Shown here: positions 30,081 through 40,431 of the stretch, one piece after another
How positions within the stretch are numbered: position 1 is the first letter of the stretch
How the letters are laid out: each line of letters begins with the position of its first letter
Assembly: GCA_943788985.1 (NCBI GenBank)
Contig: CALSSJ010000036.1
Span: 96,058-160,057, forward strand
DNA: 64,000 nucleotides
Direction of reading: 5' to 3'
Source of the DNA: an uncultured Lentisphaerales bacterium
GTDB lineage: Bacteria > Verrucomicrobiota > Lentisphaeria > JABSQK01 > UBA12247
Made by a program: the position numbers and the translations under genes
Notes under the pieces: generated by a model
The model's database searches: none
Told to the model about the DNA's origin: nothing
Seen by the model: only the letters and a program-made list of their open reading frames with translations

Positions 30081-31940
30081 TCAGGGGGCGCCCGGCGAAA
30101 AGACGCCGCCGCTGGCGACGGTAACGCTGCCGCCGATGGTGCCGATGCCAGCAAGGGTGCCGCCGCTGTTGACGGTGACACCGCCGCCAACAGAACTGGT
30201 GACTTGCAGTGTGCCATCATTCACCGTGGCCGTTTGGTTGCCAGTGTACGTACCAGTAACTTCCACGGTGCCTGGCCCTTCCTTGGTCATGAAACCGTTT
30301 TGCCACCTTACAGCAAGGTCCAAGTCCACATCGTCTGTGCCATCAGCTACAGTTAATTTGATTGTGCCAGCAGTTTGCATGTTCATGAAGCCGCCATTGG
30401 TTGATGAGATCGTATTTTTGTTGCCACCATTGGTGATGAAGTTGGTGATGCCCCAGCTTTGGAATAGGTGGTTGCCGTTGTTGAAGTTAACGGCCCCACC
30501 GCCAGTGCTGTCGAAGGTGAAGGTCTTGGCCGTGTAATTCGTGCGATTAGGGCCGCCGACACTGGACTCGATTTCCAAGGTCCCGGTCCCGTTGATGCTG
30601 AAGCCTGACGTCTGCACGCTGTCCAAGTCTGCGGTATTGCTAATCCGCAGGGTACCACCACTGACTGTGGTCGGGCCGGTAAAGTTTGAGGTCGACAGAA
30701 TCTCAAGCGTTCCACTGTCGCTTTTGACTAGGCCGCCAGCACCATTGCCAGTGACTAGGCCGGTAATGGTCTGGTCTGCCGTGCTGCTGTACTCGAAAGT
30801 TCCGTTCTGAGTGATGTTGACGTTGTTAGCGTAAGTCCCGCTGCCAAGTTGGCCGGCACCATCGATTATCATCCGACTGGCGTTCTGGATGGTCGTGTAG
30901 CCCGTATAGGTATTGACGCCAGTAAACCGCCAGTAGCCCTGCTCGCCTGATCCTGCTTGGGGTGTGGTATGGGTGACTCTAACATTGATCGTTCCCGAAC
31001 CATCGCTGATCACGCCGGAGACGGTATTTGTGCCAGTGTCCGCGGTGCCGGCGAATTGGAACTGGTACGAGCCCGAACCTGTGGTGGTCAGGGCGCCGCT
31101 TAAGTCGAGTGCGCCGTCTTGGGCGACAATCCGGTTGCTGCTGGTGGAGGAGCTGCGAAACGTCCGGTTCGTCGATGCTGCGCCGGCTCCCGTATACCAG
31201 AGCAACGGTTGCTGTCCGCTGCCTCCCCCCATGCTGATGATGCTGCCCGTCCCTAGCGAGCAGGCCACCCCGGAGTCGGCCACGGTGTTCACATTCAACT
31301 GACCTGTGACAAGGCTGATGTGCGCGGGAAAGGTATTGACCCCGTTGAAGGCGATGTAGGCGGCGTTGTTCCGCGGCCGCAGGTCAGTCCCGGTCGCACC
31401 ACCGATGCTACCGTTGAAGATGTAGTGCTCGCCAACGGTGTTCTGGCGGCCGATCTGGAGCGTCCCGCTGAGTTTGTCGATATCGCTGTTGATGGACATG
31501 GTCTTCGCGCTGCCACCGCCGGAGGCAGCCTTGATCTGCGTGTTGCCGGTCGATATCGAAATGGTCCCGCCGTCCAGCGTGAGAGCACCGGAGGCTTTGC
31601 CAAAAAACAGATTAGAAGTGCTCACCGTTCCAGGAATCGTAATGGTTCCCGCAGCAAGACCAATCGCGTCAGTACCAAAGCGCGCACTGTCGCCGTGTGC
31701 GGTTGTTATCGAGCCAATTGCGGATGCTCCAGTGCTGTCAGTGCTCCAGCCAATTGTCGGCCCCGGCGTGGGGGCGCCCCACGTGCCACCGGCGGTTCCG
31801 AAACCTGCTGTGCTCCCGTTTGCATCCCAGTAGTAGTTCGCCGAATGTGCGGAGATTGCCACGATGTAAAAAAGGAGGGCGCCTGCGAGTAGGCACACAG
31901 ATGATTGAGTACGGTGTGAGTTTGTATCAAAGCGCTGCAT
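30081..31940 (-). CDS. Secreted protein with autotransporter-associated beta-strand repeats, apparently C-terminally truncated
   Basis: Signal peptide, YWDANG..AGFG, repeats such as LVKSDSGTLEI..TSNFTGPTTVSGGTL and TKEGPGTV..TGTYTG..TVNDGTL; ends abruptly at GGVFSPGAP. Confidence 0.8.
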   Translation of the reverse strand: MQRFDTNSHRTQSSVCLLAGALLFYIVAISAHSANYYWDANGSTAGFGTAGGTWGAPTPGPTIGWSTDSTGASAIGSITTAHGDSARFGTDAIGLAAGTITIPGTVSTSNLFFGKASGALTLDGGTISISTGNTQIKAASGGGSAKTMSINSDIDKLSGTLQIGRQNTVGEHYIFNGSIGGATGTDLRPRNNAAYIAFNGVNTFPAHISLVTGQLNVNTVADSGVACSLGTGSIISMGGGSGQQPLLWYTGAGAASTNRTFRSSSTSSNRIVAQDGALDLSGALTTTGSGSYQFQFAGTADTGTNTVSGVISDGSGTINVRVTHTTPQAGSGEQGYWRFTGVNTYTGYTTIQNASRMIIDGAGQLGSGTYANNVNITQNGTFEYSSTADQTITGLVTGNGAGGLVKSDSGTLEILSTSNFTGPTTVSGGTLRISNTADLDSVQTSGFSINGTGTLEIESSVGGPNRTNYTAKTFTFDSTGGGAVNFNNGNHLFQSWGITNFITNGGNKNTISSTNGGFMNMQTAGTIKLTVADGTDDVDLDLAVRWQNGFMTKEGPGTVEVTGTYTGNQTATVNDGTLQVTSSVGGGVTVNSGGTLAGIGTIGGSVTVASGGVFSPGAP

Positions 31941-32082
31941 TAGTCTGTCTCCTGTTAGGCCGGCCGGGCGGCGAAAAAAATACAGTAATTAAAACCTAGT
32001 CTGCCGTCGGTAAATTGCAACGTCTGCAAATCACTTAGTGGTTGTTATGTCTACATCGAAACCGAGATCGAAATCGATCGTT

Positions 32083-32520
32083 ATGGGATTCGGACACGAA
32101 AACTGGATGTCTATCGAGTTGCAATCGGCTACGGAGCACCAGTTTACAGTCAAGCTGCGGAATTGAAAGGTATCCACCTTCCTGATCGAGACCAATGGCG
32201 TCGGGCGAGTCAGCCGATCATGCTCAACATTGCCAAAGTCGACGGCAAACGGCCCCCGCAGATCGCCGGTGCTACCCTAGGAATCACAGTGTGGCTGCCT
32301 GCGGCGACGCTCATAGGTAGTCACTGGAATGCGCCGCGATCCAGGATGTCTTGGTCGTAGGCAGGGCATTGGGCATTGACGAGAGTCAGAAGCACAAAGC
32401 CGAGCTAGATTTAATCGCGGCAATGCTAGCCGACTCGGTGTTCGAGGCTCCCGTGTTAAACAGGATACCGTACGATATGGATTCGATCCCGATAGCGATT
32501 TCGATCCCAATTTCGACACG
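32083..32520 (+). pseudogene. Four-helix bundle protein (23S rRNA IVS-protein family), decayed
   Basis: Reconstructed MGFGHE.LDVYRVAI...DQWRRASQPIMLNIA...GSHWN/LECAAIQDVLVV...ELDLIAAML, with frameshifts. Confidence 0.7.
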
Positions 32521-32746
32521 AGCAAAAGCCGATCATCAGATGCTGGCCGGTAGTGGGCAGATCCGTGCGTTACTATTGCGGCGCCTTCCGTTGAGCTGGC
32601 GGATCTCTATTCGAGGGCTTTTTTTTGCATTAGGTTGCCTGTGTGAATCGTTTCTTGCCGCGCGGGGATCGATCCCCTAGCAGATCGCAAACTTTGCCGG
32701 ACAAATCCCGCGCTCCTAGAGAGGGAACGTGTGCGGGATAAGTCCC

Positions 32747-33100
32747 CAATGGCACTGACTTAAGCTGACCATGAGCATTTGAGAAAGGCTCCGCCAGGCA
32801 GCTATCTAGACGGGGATTCGTTTCCTTTCGCTTTGTTCCGCACGGTAGGATCTCCGCCGGGTCTTGAGTGTGAACTTTGTGCCGTCGTCGCTTGATTACT
32901 TTCGGTTCGCTGCGGCTTGGCCGTAGCGGCATAGGCACTGCAGCCGCTGCTTCTGCCATCGTTTGGCGAATTTCCCACCAATTGTACTTGGCCTGTGTGC
33001 ACTGGAGGAGGTGGCCAGCCAGGGCGTGGAGCTTAGCAGTGAAGCTCATGCGATGAACGCTTTCGCCATTGGTGGCGCTGACTTCTAACAGCAGGGTCAA
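32747..33100 (-). mobile_element. IS4-family transposase 3' remnant with probable terminal inverted repeat
   Basis: RMSF...RPSRSEPKVIKRR is typical of IS4-family C-termini; followed by cttaagtcagtgccattg (32764-32747), an IS4-like end. Confidence 0.6.
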
Positions 33101-33149
33101 ACGTGCCTTCAGTTGATCTACGGTGGCCTATCTCAAGGAGGAGCACAGC

Positions 33150-34102
33150 ATGCGGACTGCGCGCATACGCTCGAGCAGCCCCGAGGGCAGCTATCTTCAT
33201 TTGTATCATCGCGCTACGGGGTACCCAAGTGACCGAATCTTCGCTGATGTGGAGCGTCAGTTCCTGTTAAATCTGATTCACGATGTGTCCCGCCTCTACA
33301 CGCTGGAGATTATCGCAGTGACGGCGATGTCAAATCGTCTACACATCGTTGCGTTTGTCCCTAGAGAGGCACCGCAAATGGAGCGGGCATGCCAGCTGTA
33401 GAACGCGTTCTACACAGGCAAGAAGCCGGAGTTACCCCCCCCCACTGGCGCGTGATGCGGAGCACATTCGAAAGCGCATGGGCGATTTCAGTGCGTTCAT
33501 GGCACATTGGCAACAGTGCTTTGCTGCATGGTTTAATCGGACGAGCGCAGAGCGTCCGCACGGGCGGCTATGGGGGAATCGGTTCAAGCACACGATCTTG
33601 GAAGGGAATGAGGGCCTCTGGACCTGTGTGCAATATGTGGAGATGAACGCAGTACGTGCTAGCATGGTGGACGAGCCAGGGGACTATCGATTCTGCAAGT
33701 GGGCCATCCGTTGTGGTAGGGGGAAGCACCCGTATGGTGAACACCTTCTCGAGGATCTACGCCACTCGCTGGGGATGCGCGAAAAATCATGGATGATAAA
33801 CTAGTTTGAGGCAGAGTTCCGGTCTGAGCTAGCACGCCTAACGACATCCGAGCGCGGCCAATCAAGCGAAGAGATCCGGCAGGCTGCAGGGGGTGCCCAC
33901 AAAAGAGGAGTCGCTACGGCTGTAAGTGACGCGTCGAGCACGCTACTGGGTTGACGGTAGTGTGATCGGATCCAAGCAGTTTGTCCGAGAAGTAGCCGCT
34001 GATGTGTATGGTGACGAACAGAGCAATCGAAAACGATTCGGCAGGCGGGTGCTGGACGACGCCACGTCTCTGTATTCACTGCGGCGCCTACGTCAAGAGT
34101 AG
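33150..34102 (+). mobile_element. REP-associated tyrosine transposase (RAYT/Y1 HUH) pseudogene
   Basis: YLHLYHR, MSNRLHIV (HUH His replaced by Arg), FM..WQQCFAAWFNR, GRLWGNRFKH, YVEMNAVRA.MV..P.DYRF; stops and frameshifts; ends LYSLRRLRQE. Confidence 0.75.
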
Positions 34103-34222
34103 TCACCGGACCTCGGAGCTTGCGAACTGTTTACAGACCCGCGACACGCCCAGGGCAGCAAAAATTCGGGAGTTAATGATCACTAGCCTGTGAAATAAAC
34201 ACACTGAGAATCCAGAGAAAGC

Positions 34223-35098
34223 CTACCCAATTCCGTTTAACTTATCCAAAGCCAGAAACAAGCCCTGCGTGCCGCATCCGCCACCGCCCTGCGCCTGAAG
34301 CGCAACGTAGAGTTGGCGTACCAATGCAAGTCCAGGAAGCGACAATTTCGCAGCCTCGGCCTCCTGCAGCGCAATGCCCATATCCTTCACAAAGTGGTCC
34401 ACCACAAATCCCGGAGCATAGTCACCTGCGGCGATTCGAGGCCCTAAGTTGTTGATGAGAAACGAGCGGGCGGCCCCACTGCCGATCACGCCGATGATCG
34501 CGTTCTGATCCATGCCCTGACGCGCTGCATAGAGCAGGGATTCACAAACTCCGATCATGGTCCCGGCAACGAGGATCTGGTTGCACATTTTCGTATGCTG
34601 CCCTGCCCCGGCTGGCCCCATGAGCGAGATGGTTCCTCCCATGCGCTCCAGCAGCCATCGAATGCGCTCGAACGCCTCTGAATCGCCGCCGACCATGATC
34701 GCCAGGGTGCCCTCTCGAGCCCCGACATCACCGCCAGAAACTGGTGCGTCCAATGCGGCAATATCGAGCTGCCCAGCCCGCTCTGCAATCTCCTTGGCCA
34801 GACTAGGTTGGCTCGTCGTCATATCGACGATCGTATGGCAGCTCGGAGCTCCGAGCAGCACGCCTTCTCTGCCTAGATAGGTGGATCGCACGTCTGCGGG
34901 ATAGCCAACAATCGAGAACAGCACCTCGCACCGCGCGGCAACTTCCGACGGTGCCTCGCACCATACGGCGCCCTTTGCCAGTAACCCGGCAGCGCGCGAC
35001 TTCGTCCGTGTATGCACCACCAGCTCATGCCCAGCCGCCTGCAAATAGCCCGCCATCGGGCCTCCCATAATTCCAGTGCCAATCCAGCCGATCTTCAC
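34223..35098 (-). CDS. 3-hydroxyisobutyrate dehydrogenase-family NAD(P)-dependent oxidoreductase
   Basis: KIGWIGTGIMG, DAPVSGGDVGA, GAGQHTKMCNQ and FVKDMGIA; GTG start with purine-rich RBS. Confidence 0.9.
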   Translation of the reverse strand: MKIGWIGTGIMGGPMAGYLQAAGHELVVHTRTKSRAAGLLAKGAVWCEAPSEVAARCEVLFSIVGYPADVRSTYLGREGVLLGAPSCHTIVDMTTSQPSLAKEIAERAGQLDIAALDAPVSGGDVGAREGTLAIMVGGDSEAFERIRWLLERMGGTISLMGPAGAGQHTKMCNQILVAGTMIGVCESLLYAARQGMDQNAIIGVIGSGAARSFLINNLGPRIAAGDYAPGFVVDHFVKDMGIALQEAEAAKLSLPGLALVRQLYVALQAQGGGGCGTQGLFLALDKLNGIG

Positions 35099-35226
35099 GT
35101 ATCCCCCTCGCTGTGTCCTACGTAATCTGATGCCCAAGCCCGAAAGCATGCCCTGCCACCCACAGATCGCAAGGCGAAACTGAGCGGTAGCCATTGCCTG
35201 CGCATCGCTGTCAGCTATGGTCCTAG

Positions 35227-36069
35227 ATGCCTGTCGAATCCCCCATCTGCTATCTCAACGGAAGCTACCTGCCGCTGTGCGATGCGTCTATCCCTTTGGA
35301 GGACCTCGCGATCCTGCGTGGTTATGGGGTTTTCGAGTTCCTGCGCACCTACAGCGGCATAGTTTTTGAGCCCGAGTCGCACTTCGAACGCCTGCACCAT
35401 TCCGCCAGTAAGATCGGCATGAGTATCCCCTGGACCAATGCTGAGCTGTTATCGATCATAACCGAGACCGTTGCCCGAAACCGCTTTGCAGAGGTTGGAA
35501 TCAGGCTGATTATCACAGGCGGCCGCTCAGCAGACGGCAAGCACGCCGATGGCCAGCCATCGCTGGCGGTGATCGTAAAGGCGCTACTGCGCCCATCCGC
35601 AGCCGAATTCGCAGCAGGCGTCAAGGCCATAACCATTCGCTTGACCAAAGACTTCCCGACCGCCAAGTCGATCAGTTATGCAGGTGCCCTGATGGCGCTT
35701 GGCCGCGCTGAGCAAGCGGGCGCCCAAGAAGCGCTCTATCTCGGCGAGAACGATGTGATCTTGGAAGGAACGACGGTCAACTTCTTCGCAGTTTGCGAAG
35801 GGATTCTGCGCACTGCCCACGATACCATCGTGGCCGGCATTACGCGCCAAATCATTCTCGACCTCGCCCAGGACTTGCTCCCAGTAGGCGGACCGGTAAA
35901 GCTTCACGAGCTCCCGACCGTGAGCGAAGCATTTGTCACCTCCACGAGCAGAGAAGTCATTCCCGTTACGGAAATCGACAGCCTCCAGCTCAGCGACGGA
36001 GAGCCTGGCCCGATTACGCGAGAACTGCGCGCCAGGTTTCAGGCACACTTATCGACCAGCCAGTTGTGA
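35227..36069 (+). CDS. Class IV PLP aminotransferase (branched-chain/D-amino acid type)
   Basis: RGYGVFEFLR, HFERL..SA, AKSISY, ILEGTTVNFF, GITR and EAFVTST. Confidence 0.9.
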   Translation: MPVESPICYLNGSYLPLCDASIPLEDLAILRGYGVFEFLRTYSGIVFEPESHFERLHHSASKIGMSIPWTNAELLSIITETVARNRFAEVGIRLIITGGRSADGKHADGQPSLAVIVKALLRPSAAEFAAGVKAITIRLTKDFPTAKSISYAGALMALGRAEQAGAQEALYLGENDVILEGTTVNFFAVCEGILRTAHDTIVAGITRQIILDLAQDLLPVGGPVKLHELPTVSEAFVTSTSREVIPVTEIDSLQLSDGEPGPITRELRARFQAHLSTSQL

Positions 36070-36098
36070 AAGCTTGTCAGTCAAGCGAGATCAGCGCG

Positions 36099-37328
36099 AT
36101 GCGTACTCCAATTTTTATTCTCGGTCTTCTTGCCGCTCAGGTTTGCCTATCAGCCCCTATGACTCTTGAATCCGCACTGGGAATTGGGGCCTCGAACTGG
36201 GCCGCAGCCAAACTGCAGGTGGACCGAGCAGACGCCACAGCTGCACTGGCCGTCGAGTTCTCTCTGGTTTTCTACCCAGACCACAAGCTCCCCCTGCAAC
36301 TCGCGGACGATCTTGCGACTGGTGGGGCTCCCACGGAAGCAGATTATGAAGTCAGCGATGAAAAGATCGCTTCCATTCTGAAAAAGGGGCTGAAACTGCC
36401 GGATCAGTCACGGGCGGCGCTGTGCGCAGCGATGCTGTACAGAATTGCTCCCCACGACCCAGATGCACGCCTCACGCTGACCAAGGCCAAGATTGCAAAG
36501 GATCCGACCGATTTGCTGAAATTGTTACGCCTCCATGGCCGGAATCCAGGTCCCCCCAGCGAGAAGGTTACACCCACTAGAGGGCCGAACTTCAAAAGCC
36601 TTCTCACCACCTTGCAGCAAAATATTCTGGGCACCCTGACCGTGGATAACGATTTTGTGGAGGAAGTAGAACGGATGCAATCACTGTTGCAAGTTCGAGC
36701 TGAGGCCAATCAGCCAGACAGTGAGGTAGCCGCACTTTATCTTGAACAAATCGAAGTTCTTCTCAAACATGCCCGCTACCGCGCAAGCTTTCTCAAAGAG
36801 CCACCGACCGCCGCGACAAAGGAAAAGTGGGAGGCACATGGATCCAAGTATCGCGCGGAACTTGACAAAACACTGAGTCACCTTGGCAGCTTCCAGAAGA
36901 AGCTGCGCAAATCCGACCAAGATCAAGTTGAGATTCGCGATGGCGAAAAGCATCATTTTCCGGTCTATGATATTACTCCCACCGAGTTGCCGGAAGCAAT
37001 ACTGCCAGCACTTAGGCGATTCGCTGATTGGGCCGATCAGTTCGCGGCTGCCAATAAGCTGGAACTTACGAAGGTCTACGGAAAAATTAAAAAAAAGAGG
37101 TATGTCGCGTTCATCGAACTTATCTCTAAGCGAACGGCCCCAGACAGGATGCTTAATGCGTTTCAAGAAGCCCAGAAAAAATGGGGGGTCCTCTGCCGCG
37201 AGTCAAATCTGACCAATAAGCCATCCCTTGCTCACATAGTCATCGTCAACCGGAAGGGACGCATCCTTGCCGCATCATCCTTGGAGGATGGTCGCCAGCT
37301 ACTGCCGCCCCAAGGCGTTAGGCCATAG
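36099..37328 (+). CDS. Hypothetical secreted protein
   Basis: Long ORF with signal peptide MRTPIFILGLLAAQVCLSA; no recognised domain. Confidence 0.65.
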   Translation: MRTPIFILGLLAAQVCLSAPMTLESALGIGASNWAAAKLQVDRADATAALAVEFSLVFYPDHKLPLQLADDLATGGAPTEADYEVSDEKIASILKKGLKLPDQSRAALCAAMLYRIAPHDPDARLTLTKAKIAKDPTDLLKLLRLHGRNPGPPSEKVTPTRGPNFKSLLTTLQQNILGTLTVDNDFVEEVERMQSLLQVRAEANQPDSEVAALYLEQIEVLLKHARYRASFLKEPPTAATKEKWEAHGSKYRAELDKTLSHLGSFQKKLRKSDQDQVEIRDGEKHHFPVYDITPTELPEAILPALRRFADWADQFAAANKLELTKVYGKIKKKRYVAFIELISKRTAPDRMLNAFQEAQKKWGVLCRESNLTNKPSLAHIVIVNRKGRILAASSLEDGRQLLPPQGVRP

Positions 37329-37337
37329 GCCTAAATT

Positions 37338-39911
37338 TCAGTTGCGCCCAAGCGTCCGGCTGACTATCTCGTAAACATCTGCGGGCAGGCCGGCTGAACC
37401 CACAATTCGCTTTAGCTCAGTTCGTGCCAGCTTTTGCCGATGCTCAGGTAAACGCGCCAGATCCTTGAAGGCCAAAGCAATCCTTGAGGCAACGCTCGAG
37501 TTGTAACCAGCGACTGTAATCACAGCATCCGCGATCAGCTGATAGCCCGAACCGTCGGCGGCGTGAAAGCACGGGGCGTTAGCAGAAAAGCTGCCGTACA
37601 GACCACGGAGTTTGTTGGGATTTCCCGCGTCAAATTGGGGATGGGCCGCGAGTGCTGTGATATGCTCTGGCTGCCCCAAAGTTGCGCTTCCGCCTTGTAC
37701 AGCGAACCACTTGTTCATCACCAGAGGCTCATCTTTCCAGCGCTCCAGAAATACCTGCAGGCCTTCAGTTGTCTCGGCACTGTTCCCCCTCGCTAGGCAC
37801 ATCAGTGCGGCAAACTCATCCGTCATGCATGTGGCTCGACGCATCTGCGCCAACGCCAGCCTAGGACCGCCCGGCAAGCGCGCAAGCAGCGACAACGTTA
37901 CATTCCGCAGCGCCCGCGCACTAGCACCATCACGCCCCGGCACTGCAGCAGGCTTAGAAAGAGCGCCATAGGCAGTGCGAAGTTCGCATTCTGCAAACTT
38001 CGCGAACGCATCGTACCACGCTTCCCGCGCATGCCAGGCAGTGACATGGTCCGCGATCGGAAACGGGGCGATAATTTCAGTAACTCCCGGCAACGTTAAA
38101 GTGCGCGCCGCAAACATGCAGTCATCGGCAGTCAGCACCGATATCATCGCGCGCATCAGTGCTTCGGAAGGCGCCCCACCGGCCAAGATCACCGCCAGTT
38201 CCGCGTGCAGAGCCCGCTGCGCTGCCTCGAAACGATTGAACAAGTTCGTATCTGCCTTCAACAGCAACAGCAATTCGTCCTGCGAGTACTCATACGACAG
38301 AATCACCGGCGCAGAATAGTCCCGCAACAACGACGGAACCACGGGCTCGGTCACATCCGAAAAGGTAAAGGTCTGGGCTTTTTCGGTGAGGACAACGAGC
38401 CGCTCATCGCCTACTTCCTGACCGTCTCGCCCGAGCAGCCCAATTCGAATCGGGACGACGAACGCAGCAGGCCCCTCATACCCCGGGAGCTGACGACATG
38501 TCTGTTCCGCGGTGATGCGAACTTCGCAATTCTCAGCATCATACGCCGTGCTGACGCTGACGGTTGGAGTTCCGCCGAACCGATACCAATTTCGAAACTT
38601 CCCCAAGTCCGCACCAGATGCAGCCTCCATCGCCGCCACAAAATCTTCGCAGGTAACGGCGCCACCATCGTGTCGCTCGAAATAAAGGTCTGTTCCCTTC
38701 CGAAATGCGTCCGGTCCGATCAGGGTATGGATCATGCGTATGACCTCCGCACCCTTCTCGTAAACTGTCGGCGTGTAAAAATTGTTGATGTCGATGTAGA
38801 AGTCCGGACGAATCGGGTGCGCATTCGGACCGGCGTCCTCGGGAAGCTGCGCATGCCGCAGGTCGATCACGTCGCTGATTCGCTTGTCCGTGCGCGAGCC
38901 CATGTCAGCGCTGAACTCCTGGTCGCGGAACACGGTCAAGCCTTCCTTCAAAGTCAGCTGAAACCAATCTCGACAAGTCACCCGGTTTCCGGTCCAATTA
39001 TGGAAATACTCATGGGCGACTACGCCCTCAATCCGGTCGAAATCAGCGTCGGTAGCCGTCTCAGCCCTGGCCAAAACACAGGACGAATTGAAGATGTTCA
39101 GACCCTTGTTCTCCATGGCCCCGAAGTTGAACGCATCCACCGCCACGATCATAAACAAATCGAGGTCGTATTCGCGCCCGTAGACCTCCTCATCCCAGTG
39201 CATCGCATGCTTCAGGGAAGCCATCGCGTGGGCACAGCGGTTTTCGTTACCGTGGTTCACATACAGGTGTAAATCAACGTCTCTGCCGCTCGCCGTTCGG
39301 AATTCATCCTCCACCAAAGCAAGGTCGCCAGCCACGATCGCAAATAAGTAGCAAGGCTTCTGAAAGGGATCATGCCAGGTAACGAAGTGGCGGTTATCCG
39401 GTAATTCGCCAGCCGCAACCTTGTTCCCATTCGACAGCAAAATAGGATACGTCTTCCGATCCGCCTCAAGCCTGGTCGTAAATACCGTCATGGCATCCGG
39501 TCGGTCGTAAAAATAAGTAATGCGCCTAAAGCCCTCGGCCTCGCACTGGCTACAGAGCATATCTCCTGAGGCGTAAAACCCCTCGAGTGCCAGATTACGA
39601 TAGGGGTCGATACGAACTACAGTGCGCAGTGCAAACTCCGCGGGCGGCTCATGGACCGTCAAGGTCTGCTCTGACACTGCGTAGGCGCTGTCTTTAAGCG
39701 GCATGCCATCCACAGAAATCTCTCGCAAACTCAGGCCCCCCCCATCCAGAACAAGCGGAGCGGAATCTATCTCAGCGCAGCGCGAGATTATGAGCGTGGA
39801 TTCGACATCTGCAAACTCCGCAAACACCTGAACACTCAGGTTAATCGACGTGATGCGATAAGGGAGTGGCGCGTAATCTTTGCGGTATCTAGGGGCCGGA
39901 TCTTCCGACAC
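37338..39911 (-). CDS. pepN: Aminopeptidase N (M1 family)
   Basis: QCEAEGFRRIT, GAMENKG, HEYFHNWTGNRVT, LKEG and YEKGAEV. Confidence 0.95.
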   Translation of the reverse strand: MSEDPAPRYRKDYAPLPYRITSINLSVQVFAEFADVESTLIISRCAEIDSAPLVLDGGGLSLREISVDGMPLKDSAYAVSEQTLTVHEPPAEFALRTVVRIDPYRNLALEGFYASGDMLCSQCEAEGFRRITYFYDRPDAMTVFTTRLEADRKTYPILLSNGNKVAAGELPDNRHFVTWHDPFQKPCYLFAIVAGDLALVEDEFRTASGRDVDLHLYVNHGNENRCAHAMASLKHAMHWDEEVYGREYDLDLFMIVAVDAFNFGAMENKGLNIFNSSCVLARAETATDADFDRIEGVVAHEYFHNWTGNRVTCRDWFQLTLKEGLTVFRDQEFSADMGSRTDKRISDVIDLRHAQLPEDAGPNAHPIRPDFYIDINNFYTPTVYEKGAEVIRMIHTLIGPDAFRKGTDLYFERHDGGAVTCEDFVAAMEAASGADLGKFRNWYRFGGTPTVSVSTAYDAENCEVRITAEQTCRQLPGYEGPAAFVVPIRIGLLGRDGQEVGDERLVVLTEKAQTFTFSDVTEPVVPSLLRDYSAPVILSYEYSQDELLLLLKADTNLFNRFEAAQRALHAELAVILAGGAPSEALMRAMISVLTADDCMFAARTLTLPGVTEIIAPFPIADHVTAWHAREAWYDAFAKFAECELRTAYGALSKPAAVPGRDGASARALRNVTLSLLARLPGGPRLALAQMRRATCMTDEFAALMCLARGNSAETTEGLQVFLERWKDEPLVMNKWFAVQGGSATLGQPEHITALAAHPQFDAGNPNKLRGLYGSFSANAPCFHAADGSGYQLIADAVITVAGYNSSVASRIALAFKDLARLPEHRQKLARTELKRIVGSAGLPADVYEIVSRTLGRN

Positions 39912-39913
39912 GA

Positions 39914-40237
39914 TCAGGTCTGTTCCTGCTGAGGTAAAATCTGAACAGCCGTGCCCTGAACCCGTACCTCGTAGGCCTTTACCTTCCCGAAAGCAGGGGG
40001 TGTCAGAGCTTCTCCCGTCTTGAGGCAAAACTCTGCGCCATGCCAGGCACAAGCCACACGATGCCCCTCGACAAAACCATTTCCCAAGGGGGCACCAGCG
40101 TGTGTGCAGAAATCTTCGATCGCGTAAAAGCCATCTTCACAATGGAAGAGCGCGATATCCTCTTTGCCACAGCGAAGAGATCGCCCTTCGCCTAGGGGAA
40201 TATCGCTTGCTTGTGCAATCGTAACAAACTCAGCCAT
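39914..40237 (-). CDS. Rieske [2Fe-2S] ferredoxin
   Basis: CTH...CAWH motif; 107 aa. Confidence 0.9.
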   Translation of the reverse strand: MAEFVTIAQASDIPLGEGRSLRCGKEDIALFHCEDGFYAIEDFCTHAGAPLGNGFVEGHRVACAWHGAEFCLKTGEALTPPAFGKVKAYEVRVQGTAVQILPQQEQT

Positions 40238-40354
40238 TCACCGCCCCAGACTCAGAACAAAAATGATAGCGATTATAATTCCGATCACAAGCGCGGTGAG
40301 CGCGACTGCACGGACGGCTGCATTGCGATGTGTTCCTGGTGGCGGAGGAGGCAT
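40238..40354 (-). CDS. Possible small single-TM protein
   Basis: MPPPPPGTHRNAAVRAVALTALVIGIIIAIIFVLSLGR; its stop abuts the Rieske ATG. Confidence 0.3.
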   Translation of the reverse strand: MPPPPPGTHRNAAVRAVALTALVIGIIIAIIFVLSLGR

Positions 40355-40431
40355 ATGGCTACCGAATAATTCCAAAAGGTAAGTGGGTAACGAAACTGAA
40401 AGTAAGCGCAGGCTAGGGGCTAGATCTGAAT

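Noticed and set aside
32083..32520. Four-helix bundle as the Avd of a diversity-generating retroelement
   Set aside because: No reverse transcriptase and no template/variable repeat pair in the window.
38205..39272. 355-aa plus-strand ORF
   Set aside because: Antisense shadow of pepN.
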